Shown: positions 48,921-56,873 of the stretch, piece by piece
Numbering within the stretch: position 1 is the stretch's first letter
Layout: each line of letters begins with the position of its first letter
IMG/VR virus record: IMGVR_UViG_3300028591_000083
Coordinates: 96,001-160,000 of that record
DNA: 64,000 bases
Origin: a virus
Taxonomy: Duplodnaviria; Caudoviricetes
Reading direction: 5' to 3' (one strand)
The notes under the pieces: generated by a model
The model's database searches: none
What the model was told of the DNA's origin: nothing
What the model saw: the letters and a program-made list of their open reading frames with translations, nothing else
Position numbers and translations under genes: made by a program

Positions 48921-50135
48921 TCAAAATAATTTCTTCTTTCTACTATTTTCTTTTATAGTAGCTTCTACTCTTTGTTTTCCTACTGCGCAATATGGATTTT
49001 CTTCTGAATTGCATAATTCTACATCTATATATCTTAAAGAATATCCACTTTCATAATTTAATTTTTCACAAGCTACAGCATGAGTACAACTTCCGGCTGT
49101 TATATCAATAGTAAGTCCTTCTTTCGGCGTAATTAGTTTAATTAACCAAGAAATTAGATCTATTGGTTTTAGAGTTACATGAGGATTTCTTTTACCGTTT
49201 GGAAGTAGTCTTTCTGACGGACTTACTTTAGGACAGTATTTGAAAACAGGAAATAATCTTGAACCGCCACCTGAATCTCCATATCCGCCAAGAGAATCAT
49301 TCTTATAGTTATCGTTGGTTTCTTGATTGAACGCTCCGTAAATATGTCTTGCACGACATACTGTAGATGCTTTACCAGAACAACCTGTTGATTTTGTAAC
49401 TCCTGTTTGCCTATCAACTTCATCTGTGATATTGTCAGCTAAAACAATATTCGGCGGAAATCTACCGGCTTCATTTGCAGGAACCGCAATGTCTTGAGCA
49501 TAAGCTCCATAAACTTTATCTTCTTTATTTGAATAATTAGTAGTTGGATTCTTAGAAGCCTTTGCATTTAACATATCAATATCTTCTTTTGAAATAGGAA
49601 CTCTACAAGCTCCTATATTCATTCCGCCAACTCCGTACTTTTCAATATTCTCAATATATGTTCCTTCTAATGGTTTTTGAAAGATTGTTATTGTTTCGTG
49701 TGCTGGTTTTAGCCCTGCTGTTTTCCAATCATTCCATTTTTCTGAAAATTCTGAACTGCTGACCCCATTCTTTCGATCATACATTTTTCCGATATCTTGA
49801 TTTGACGGCATACCGCTGCAATAGATCCAATCAACTTCTTCAACAATAGTAAATCCAGAATCTTCAAAAGCAGATTTCATTCTATGATTAGTTTTAGGAC
49901 TTCCAAAGATAGCTGCATATGATCCATGTTTCATAATTCTGATAAGTTCTTTTGCTCGTTCTTCGCACCACCCATAGAAGTTCTTACTGGAATCCCAATT
50001 TTTTCCCATAAAATCAATAGCGTAAGGAAAATCAGATATGCATGAATCAATAGAATTATCTTCTACTGATTTCATCCATTCTATATTATCTGCGTTTATA
50101 ATTTTGCCGGATTTAGATTCATAAATTATTTCCAT
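48921..50135 (-). CDS. Beta-class DNA methyltransferase with atypical motifs (paralogue of split enzyme)
   Basis: SDFPY, FMGKNWD, LKPAHE, GRFPPN, HVTLKP, IDITAGSCT; ends KKLF. Confidence 0.8.
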   Translation of the reverse strand: MEIIYESKSGKIINADNIEWMKSVEDNSIDSCISDFPYAIDFMGKNWDSSKNFYGWCEERAKELIRIMKHGSYAAIFGSPKTNHRMKSAFEDSGFTIVEEVDWIYCSGMPSNQDIGKMYDRKNGVSSSEFSEKWNDWKTAGLKPAHETITIFQKPLEGTYIENIEKYGVGGMNIGACRVPISKEDIDMLNAKASKNPTTNYSNKEDKVYGAYAQDIAVPANEAGRFPPNIVLADNITDEVDRQTGVTKSTGCSGKASTVCRARHIYGAFNQETNDNYKNDSLGGYGDSGGGSRLFPVFKYCPKVSPSERLLPNGKRNPHVTLKPIDLISWLIKLITPKEGLTIDITAGSCTHAVACEKLNYESGYSLRYIDVELCNSEENPYCAVGKQRVEATIKENSRKKKLF

Positions 50136-50176
50136 TATTAACTATTTCCTTTCTACTGAAAGTAATTCTTTATTTT

Positions 50177-50205
50177 ATTATAACACAAACCGCCTGAAAT
50201 GTCAA
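50177..50205 (-). promoter_or_regulatory. sigmaA-type promoter of the modification operon, overlapped by hairpin
   Basis: TTGACA-17-TATAAT; acaaaccgc/gcggtttgt arms. Confidence 0.85.
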
Positions 50206-50222
50206 GCGGTTTGTAGTTATTT

Positions 50223-50684
50223 TTAAGTTACGTTTTTCAGAAGTTCATCAATCTTATCATAGGCTTCGCCGCTGTCAATAATTCCTACTGTTGAAAGATT
50301 ATCTGCTAGCCATGAGAAATAAGCAATGCATAAAGTATCTAGTTCTTCTTTAATAGTCATAATGTCTTTCGTGTTTTTGAAATTCTCTTTTCTGCAAACA
50401 TTTCTAACTGAAATTGTAATCCAGTTATCATCTGTTACTCTATCTTGTCTTTTTCCATATGTTGCATCATAGATGAACTTCTTTTTAGGCAACCTCTTAT
50501 TTCCTTTCTGAATATCAATGTCAGAAAGAAACGATACAATTTCCTGTTTCCAGTGATTTCGAGCCGAATTATTCTTATCCAATACAAGGTAAAGTAAATG
50601 TTCAATTATCTTTACAGTTCTTGCTTTGAGATCACGCTCAATTTCTTTTCTCTGCTCTACGAATTCAAACAATCTGATAACCAT
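50223..50684 (-). CDS. Paralogue family A member 2 (DUF29-like)
   Basis: KIIEHLLYL...HWKQEI..FL; GGAGG RBS before MVIRLFE. Confidence 0.7.
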   Translation of the reverse strand: MVIRLFEFVEQRKEIERDLKARTVKIIEHLLYLVLDKNNSARNHWKQEIVSFLSDIDIQKGNKRLPKKKFIYDATYGKRQDRVTDDNWITISVRNVCRKENFKNTKDIMTIKEELDTLCIAYFSWLADNLSTVGIIDSGEAYDKIDELLKNVT

Positions 50685-50718
50685 AGCACATTCCCTCCAA
50701 TAGATTCTTACTAAATAT

Positions 50719-50747
50719 AGTATAACATACAAATACTAAAATGTCAA
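50719..50747 (-). promoter_or_regulatory. sigmaA-type promoter
   Basis: TTGACA-17-TATACT. Confidence 0.85.
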
Positions 50748-50771
50748 TATCTTTTAAGAAATGAATATGTT

Positions 50772-51218
50772 TTAACTATATCTATTCACAACACATCCAG
50801 TAGGGAATGAAGAATCTTGATATACACAATCATCAGCAATAGTTACAGAAGTTAATCCTGTATCCAAGAAAGATAGATAATCTATATATTTTACTGATGG
50901 TGGTATTGTTACTGATGTTAGATTTGTTAGTCCTCTACAAGCCGCCGGAGTTGTAATGTGATTTGTTATTTGTGAGGAAACAGGACAACCATAATAATTC
51001 TTAACATTTAGAGTTGTCCAAAATTTAATTCCAGAAACATTTAAGCTATCAATAGGAACTAAACCATTAACACATACATATGTTCCACGGAGATTCCAAA
51101 CAAATTTAATTCCGGTAGTATTAATAGTATCTACTATATCTGATGTTAGTTGAGTTGGATATGGAAGTCCTGATAGTATGACATCTACTGATTTCCAATG
51201 TGTTTGTGTCCATGACAT
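50772..51218 (-). CDS. BspA-type leucine-rich-repeat protein
   Basis: LTNLTSVTIPPSVKYI...F..TGLTSVTI. Confidence 0.75.
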   Translation of the reverse strand: MSWTQTHWKSVDVILSGLPYPTQLTSDIVDTINTTGIKFVWNLRGTYVCVNGLVPIDSLNVSGIKFWTTLNVKNYYGCPVSSQITNHITTPAACRGLTNLTSVTIPPSVKYIDYLSFLDTGLTSVTIADDCVYQDSSFPTGCVVNRYS

Positions 51219-51235
51219 GATTAGATCACCTCACC

Positions 51236-52243
51236 TTACGGCACAAATCCAATATCAAGAAGTTTTTGTTCTGATTTTAATTCATCTAATGTTAGCCAAT
51301 ACCATCTTCCGGATGAATCAGATCCTTTTGTTATTACTGTTCCATATGCTGATGAATCTGTTGCAAATATTGTTGTTGCTGTTGAATCGAATGCGTTAAT
51401 TGATACAGGAGCAGATACACCAGATGCCACAGATGGATTCACAAATGCTATATAATTATATGCGCCAAGATACATTCCAAAAATATTATTAGGACTTTGA
51501 ATTATTGGATTCTTAAATATGAAACTATTATAACAATCATTATTATTTTTGAATCGGATTAAAGGATAATCCCATGAATTTCCTTGACTTCGTATGTAGA
51601 AACCATCTAGTATGAATATGTTATTTGTTGTTGATCTACTACTGTTGTGCATCGGATAAAATATTTTATAATTTGAATACATAATTCCAGAAGAAGCATT
51701 ATTTTTGATATAGATAGAACAATTATTAAATGCAACATAATTTGCAAGACCGCACATATATGTCGTACTGCCAGATGCATACCCATAAACGCTTAAAGAT
51801 ACAGTTGAGTTTTTAAGCATGGCATATGAGTTAGTTCCTGAATAAAAGGCGTATAGACCGTATGATTCAGTACCAGTTGGTTTAAAGAAACAATCAATGA
51901 AATCAATATTTTCTATTGTTGTTCCCTGACCATTAAAATTCTCGTAAAAATGTATAAAACAAGAATCTTTAACTGTTAAACCACGTATATATTTTTTTGT
52001 GTCTGCATAGATTTTTACTACGGTGGTTGCGAAAGACCCCCCAGCACAGTTAATAGCTCCCGCATATCCAATATAATTAGGATCATCTGCACAATCAATA
52101 TCTTGAGTTAATTTAATATAATAAGGACCACTTGTATTTCCATTTACATTTCCGCTTCTGGCATCTGTTATGATTTTATACAGCTCAGTTATCGTGCTTG
52201 GGATTGCTGGATCTGCTGAACTTCCTGTTCCTGTATAAGCCAT
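51236..52243 (-). CDS. Putative virion/tail beta-helix protein
   Basis: GTGS.ADP N-terminus, YIKLT.DID, N/S/Y-rich. Confidence 0.55.
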   Translation of the reverse strand: MAYTGTGSSADPAIPSTITELYKIITDARSGNVNGNTSGPYYIKLTQDIDCADDPNYIGYAGAINCAGGSFATTVVKIYADTKKYIRGLTVKDSCFIHFYENFNGQGTTIENIDFIDCFFKPTGTESYGLYAFYSGTNSYAMLKNSTVSLSVYGYASGSTTYMCGLANYVAFNNCSIYIKNNASSGIMYSNYKIFYPMHNSSRSTTNNIFILDGFYIRSQGNSWDYPLIRFKNNNDCYNSFIFKNPIIQSPNNIFGMYLGAYNYIAFVNPSVASGVSAPVSINAFDSTATTIFATDSSAYGTVITKGSDSSGRWYWLTLDELKSEQKLLDIGFVP

Positions 52244-52305
52244 AAATGATCAACTCCTTTGAGGAATAAAATTTCTACTTATATTGTTGATATTTGGCGA
52301 TATAA

Positions 52306-52354
52306 AGAAAGAACGATAGAAGTTTTTTCTACATTCCTTCTATCGTTCTTTTTC
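52306..52354. terminator. Intergenic hairpin (probable terminator)
   Basis: aaagaacgatagaag...cttctatcgttcttt. Confidence 0.7.
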
Positions 52355-52591
52355 TTATAGTAGCTTTATTGAATCTTTTTGTTCTGTTTTAGCTAATCTT
52401 TTCATTTCAGATTCTAACTTATCATATAATTGCATAATTATTTCATTTGTTTCTGTGAATTCTTTTGGTGTTATTTGATCTCTTGTTTCTACTTTGTCTG
52501 CCAGTGAATCAGCAAATTGTCTTGCGGCTCTTTCGTGAAACCATCCAACAGATGCATAAAGAGTCATCAACTCTTTCACTGTAAATTCCAT
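52355..52591 (-). CDS. Hypothetical protein
   Basis: Coupled ORF. Confidence 0.6.
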   Translation of the reverse strand: MEFTVKELMTLYASVGWFHERAARQFADSLADKVETRDQITPKEFTETNEIIMQLYDKLESEMKRLAKTEQKDSIKLL

Positions 52592-52593
52592 TT

Positions 52594-52998
52594 TTATTCA
52601 TCCTCCGGAATAAGATTTAGTTTTCCAAGATTTAGCTGACCAAATACAAACATCCTCAATCTTAGATCTTCATGAAGAATTGTGTAACATCCTACATGAA
52701 CAAGCATTCTTTGAAGTTTATCATATAGGCTATCTGCTGTTTTTCGCTGAATATCATTTCCTGCACCTACTTTTACAATAATCAGTGGCGGATTGCAAGT
52801 TGTAAGAAGATTTGCAAGTGCGTAGATAGTGTTGCTATCAAAATCGCTAGCTTCGATATGAATTTCATAAAAGCATTCATCTCTACTGATATTGTCAAAA
52901 CAATGTTTCATCTTCTCTCTGTAAAGAGAAATGCATTCTTTTTGTATATTTGAATATCCATTTTTTACATCAAACACACTACCATATAGAATTCTCAT
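52594..52998 (-). CDS. Hypothetical protein
   Basis: Coupled ORF. Confidence 0.6.
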   Translation of the reverse strand: MRILYGSVFDVKNGYSNIQKECISLYREKMKHCFDNISRDECFYEIHIEASDFDSNTIYALANLLTTCNPPLIIVKVGAGNDIQRKTADSLYDKLQRMLVHVGCYTILHEDLRLRMFVFGQLNLGKLNLIPEDE

Positions 52999-53396
52999 TA
53001 TTCATCCTCCGTTTTATGTTTTCTTTCATCCAAGACATAAGGTTTTTCATCTTCTGTTTTGCAGAAGAACTCTTTAAGGTCAAACCAGTTATCTTTAATA
53101 ATATTGCCAATCTTATGAATGGAGGAACCCCAACCGTCAGACTCTACACGAATATATTTACCTTTAAGATCTTCCCATTTCTCAACTCCAACTGTGTTCA
53201 TAATTTTCATCATTGCTACAATAGCGGAGCCATTACCTTTCCAGTAATCTGCACCAAGATAACCAACACCATTTACATACTGCCCAATACCACAACACCA
53301 TCCGTAACCCTCAACAAAAATAGTAAAAGTAAGAACTCCGTGATCTGCCATAGAAATAGAAACATCCTTAATCTTTGCATTTTCAATATTACTCAT
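52998..53396 (-). CDS. Conserved phage hypothetical protein
   Basis: NAKI...MADHG.LT...IM..VGV..WEDLKGKY.R...IG.II.D.WF. Confidence 0.7.
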   Translation of the reverse strand: MSNIENAKIKDVSISMADHGVLTFTIFVEGYGWCCGIGQYVNGVGYLGADYWKGNGSAIVAMMKIMNTVGVEKWEDLKGKYIRVESDGWGSSIHKIGNIIKDNWFDLKEFFCKTEDEKPYVLDERKHKTEDE

Positions 53397-53650
53397 TTTT
53401 TAACTTCCTTCCAGTAACCTTTTAAGAATTCAAATCTTCCAACATGAGAATTACAGATCAAATCTGCTCCGTCTTTTTGTGTTTCTACTAAGCTAATTCC
53501 TCCTTTTTTAGAATTCATATCACTTTTGTTTACAAACTCTTTACAGAATTCCACTCCGGCTTCACGAGTTTCAAAAATATCTAAGAAAGTGGTGGTAAAG
53601 GGTTTCAAAAGCCCATCCCTTACATATCTCTCCACTACATATATTCTCAT
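53393..53650 (-). CDS. Hypothetical protein
   Basis: Coupled ORF. Confidence 0.6.
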   Translation of the reverse strand: MRIYVVERYVRDGLLKPFTTTFLDIFETREAGVEFCKEFVNKSDMNSKKGGISLVETQKDGADLICNSHVGRFEFLKGYWKEVKK

Positions 53651-54132
53651 TTATTTTTACCCTCCACCTGTTTAACAGTTTTCCACGTTTCAAGATGAAT
53701 ACTAGTATCTCCGTCAACCATACCAACACCTGGAATAAAGTCTTTCCAATTACTCTTGCTGAGAGCATAATCAACAATTCTTGCTTGTTCTGGAGTAAGT
53801 TTAACCCAACCAGATCCAGTAGAAACACCATCTCCACAAGAATCCATGTAGAAATAATAAGGTCTTCCTTCTACTGGTTTGTCTGGATCATAAACAAAAA
53901 TATATGCAACCTCAGTAAAATAAGTAAAACCAGTTACAATACCATAACCAATGCTATAATCTACAACTTCAGCTTTTAACCATTTTTTATCAAAAGTTTC
54001 AGCATCCCATTCCTTTTTAGTGAACAAAGGACTATTAGTAACTTCATTACCAACTTGCTCAAAAACCTTGAATGTGGTAGCTCCCTGAACACATTTCGGA
54101 AGTTTCTTTTCAATAAAATTTTTAAGAGTCAT
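53647..54132 (-). CDS. Hypothetical protein
   Basis: GGAGG RBS. Confidence 0.6.
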   Translation of the reverse strand: MTLKNFIEKKLPKCVQGATTFKVFEQVGNEVTNSPLFTKKEWDAETFDKKWLKAEVVDYSIGYGIVTGFTYFTEVAYIFVYDPDKPVEGRPYYFYMDSCGDGVSTGSGWVKLTPEQARIVDYALSKSNWKDFIPGVGMVDGDTSIHLETWKTVKQVEGKNK

Positions 54133-54235
54133 TGTTCAGTTCCTCCATTTATTTCTCTCTATTACTACTAACCTATACATTTACATTAAAATTCATACAG
54201 CGAAATCTTTCTTTTACAGTGGATTCAGAACATAG

Positions 54236-54571
54236 TTAATCCTCCATTTTAATCTTACCAATCTTATATAATTCTTGCTTATATCGTCTGTGCTCCTTAA
54301 CTGTCTTTGCCCGTTCTTCTTTAGTTTCCTGATAGTCTTTCCAATGCTCTTTGATTCTTCTGTCATTCTTACTCTTTGATTCAGGATTTACAGTTATAAG
54401 AATTAGTTTTTTACTTACTGAGTATTCTTTTGCTAGACCATTGAGACTATAAAATCCCGTTCCGTACTTTTCTCGGATTTCTTGTTTCTGTTCTTCTGTC
54501 AATTTTCTTCTTCTGTCTAGTTGTTCTGGGAGTTTGATTTTTTCTGATTTATAAGGCATTTTAATCTTCAC
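54236..54571 (-). CDS. HTH DNA-binding protein
   Basis: DRRRKLT...IRE.Y...SLN.LAKEY.VSK..I. Confidence 0.7.
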   Translation of the reverse strand: MKIKMPYKSEKIKLPEQLDRRRKLTEEQKQEIREKYGTGFYSLNGLAKEYSVSKKLILITVNPESKSKNDRRIKEHWKDYQETKEERAKTVKEHRRYKQELYKIGKIKMED

Positions 54572-55382
54572 TCACTTCTACAAATTCTCCGTTTTTGATT
54601 GTATAGAAAACATTTTCTTTAATTCTGACTCCATCTACTTGTTCTGTTTTTACACATACAGGAATAAAAGTTCCTTCCTCGTTTCTTTTCCATTCTGTTA
54701 GTGTAATCCAAGATCCTTTTACAGCACTCACCTTATTATCATATCCAGAACAAACAATTACTGAATTTTCTCCCGTTGATTTAATAGTTGCGGAATCACC
54801 AGAGCTTGCAAGTTGTGAATGATTTCCAGAGCTTACAATTCTTGTGCAGTTACCGGAGATTGCAAGCTGTGAACAATAGCCAGAGCTTGCAAGTTGTGAA
54901 TGATTTCCAGAGCTTGCAAGGTTTGCATCGTCACCAGAGCTTGCAAGTTTCGCACCATGACCAGAACTTGCGAGTTTTGCTAAATTACCAGAGCCTACGA
55001 GTTGCGCGAAATTGCAAGAGCTTGCGAGTTTTGCGTAATTACAAGGGCTTGCGAGTTGTGCAAAAGCATTATCGTTTTCATTATTATCTACAAAATCAAT
55101 AAATGCATAAATAATTCTCATTAGTGATAATCTTGCACCGATCTTAATTTTCTTCCCACATACCTTAGTATCTTCTCTTCGTTCACTGGACACTTCATCA
55201 AGTTCAACTTCATGAATTTCACTATCTGTTATATTATAATATGTCCAACAATCTAAAGGATTCAAACAGGCATGGAATCCAGATTCACAAAGTTTTGCTT
55301 TACCCTCATAATATTCTTTTCCTTCTTCAAACTGAAATCCTCTACAAGTCATGTCCTTATTAAATGCCTTATATGCTTTCAT
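54561..55382 (-). CDS. Conserved phage protein with 9-aa tandem repeats
   Basis: MKAYKAF.KD..CR.FQFE.G..Y...C..GFHAC.NPLD; about 10 ASSG..A.L repeats. Confidence 0.75.
   Translation of the reverse strand: MKAYKAFNKDMTCRGFQFEEGKEYYEGKAKLCESGFHACLNPLDCWTYYNITDSEIHEVELDEVSSERREDTKVCGKKIKIGARLSLMRIIYAFIDFVDNNENDNAFAQLASPCNYAKLASSCNFAQLVGSGNLAKLASSGHGAKLASSGDDANLASSGNHSQLASSGYCSQLAISGNCTRIVSSGNHSQLASSGDSATIKSTGENSVIVCSGYDNKVSAVKGSWITLTEWKRNEEGTFIPVCVKTEQVDGVRIKENVFYTIKNGEFVEVSED
54790..55065. repeat. Degenerate 27-bp coding tandem repeat (about 10 units)
   Basis: Recurring ccagagcttgcaagtt core. Confidence 0.8.
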
Positions 55383-55395
55383 TTTTATATCCTCC

Positions 55396-55716
55396 TTAAA
55401 AACAATTATAGCTATGAACAGATTTAACATCTTTTGTAAAATGTTTATATGTTTTGATAAATCTGTCAAGAAGTCATACTTCTCTTCTCCATTCTTTTCT
55501 CTCTTCCGGAAACTCGCTTCTTCGCATTTCTTCATTACAGTGACCAGACTCAAAGAATGTACTTAAAACATATTGACATTCACGAACCATATCTGCAATA
55601 GTCCAATTTTCAGTTCCTTCTGAAAGCGGTTCACCGATTGTTTTGTGCTCGTATCCACACATATTCATAATCTTGTTATACCGCTTAATAGCGGTTTCCA
55701 TATTCAGATTTTTCAT
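55396..55716 (-). pseudogene. Hypothetical gene with one in-frame TGA
   Basis: ...EWRREV*LLDRFIKTYK...YNCF-TAA directly followed by next RBS; stop at 55474-55476. Confidence 0.55.
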
Positions 55717-55762
55717 AATAGATCCTCCTGTTCAAATTTCTTTCCTCTTTCCTTACAAATAT

Positions 55763-55791
55763 AGTATAACACATTTTATTCAAAAAGTCAA
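55763..55791 (-). promoter_or_regulatory. sigmaA-type promoter
   Basis: TTGACT-17-TATACT. Confidence 0.85.
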
Positions 55792-55816
55792 GTCCTTATT
55801 GAATAAATATAGATAG

Positions 55817-55845
55817 AAAAATCCACAGCTATTTGCCGTGGATTT
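55817..55845 (-). terminator. Intrinsic terminator
   Basis: aaatccac...gtggattt hairpin. Confidence 0.7.
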
Positions 55846-55870
55846 GTGTATTATATACAAATAATTAAAA

Positions 55871-56248
55871 TCAATAATAAATAACTCCACCAGAACTGAG
55901 TTGAAATAGAATTCTCTCGGATGGTTTTCTGTATCCGGCTTCTGTATAACTTGATTTAGTTACAAGATTTCTTGCAAATTTATCATAAAGAAGTGCTATT
56001 TCCTTTTCAATAATTTCTTCATCGTCACACAATTCTTCAAAATCAAGAATAATGATTGCATACTTTGAATCAAGTAAGATATCTAAAGCGGCATCTATAG
56101 AACTCGGTGTATACCAGAAATCACATAACTGAAAAGAAATTTCCACAACCTTATTTATTTCCGGATCTATTGGAAGTACAAATGCGTCTAAATATTTTGC
56201 TCTTAGTTCTTGTTCTATTTCACTTAGTTTCTGCACAACTAATTGCAT
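55871..56248 (-). CDS. Hypothetical protein
   Basis: ORF with GGTGA RBS. Confidence 0.6.
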   Translation of the reverse strand: MQLVVQKLSEIEQELRAKYLDAFVLPIDPEINKVVEISFQLCDFWYTPSSIDAALDILLDSKYAIIILDFEELCDDEEIIEKEIALLYDKFARNLVTKSSYTEAGYRKPSERILFQLSSGGVIYY

Positions 56249-56288
56249 ATCATATCACCGTCCTCAAAATTGCTCCATGTGGAACATT

Positions 56289-56873
56289 TCACACTCCACC
56301 TTGGTTATCGTGTCCAATAACATCAAATCTATAAATCTGCTCGGCTCTTGGATATTTATCAAAATCAACAAAACTCATGAACTCTGAATACTTGCGAACA
56401 TAGGACTTGTGCTCACCGAACATTTCTTGATATGTAATAAGAGGTTCATTTGTTTCTCGTACGCAATCTCGTGAAATCGCAGTAACAACGTAGATATAAT
56501 CTTTTTCTGACATCGTTGCTTTGAAATGTCTTACAATATCACCAACTACTATTCTAGGTCTTACGGAGCACTTATTGTAGAAATCAATACATACCATCGT
56601 GTAATTTTCAACAAATCTAAATAGTCTTTCTTCATCTTCAAAATAAGATATATCTGCTCTTGAAGATGTATACATATTTATTGTATGATTATTTGAGTTT
56701 TGATTATTTGATTTTTTATGTATGATTATCTGAACTGCTGTATTTTCGCCAAGATAGATGAATTGCCAGATGTGAAGATCTGACTGTTTTGTATTCTTTA
56801 CAAGGGTATTTAATGATGAATTGTAGATGTATTCGCCAGTATTTTTGAAATCTTCTATGTTCAATTTAATCAC
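56289..56873 (-). CDS. Protein with C-terminal DUF1653 domain
   Basis: GDIVRHFK...YQ...G...YVR...EFMS.VD..KYP...Q.YRF. Confidence 0.75.
   Translation of the reverse strand: MIKLNIEDFKNTGEYIYNSSLNTLVKNTKQSDLHIWQFIYLGENTAVQIIIHKKSNNQNSNNHTINMYTSSRADISYFEDEERLFRFVENYTMVCIDFYNKCSVRPRIVVGDIVRHFKATMSEKDYIYVVTAISRDCVRETNEPLITYQEMFGEHKSYVRKYSEFMSFVDFDKYPRAEQIYRFDVIGHDNQGGV

Noticed and set aside
52355-52591. C-terminus IKLL as another KLF tag
   Set aside because: Lacks the invariant Phe; plausible by chance.
52594-53011. Repeated ttattcatcctccg at gene ends (EDE*)
   Set aside because: Generic GGAGG RBS embedded in the upstream gene's last codons; similar endings occur throughout the window.
54790-55065. 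Tandem repeat as possible CRISPR array or DGR repeat
   Set aside because: In-frame 27-bp coding repeat with no spacers; no cas or reverse transcriptase gene in the window.
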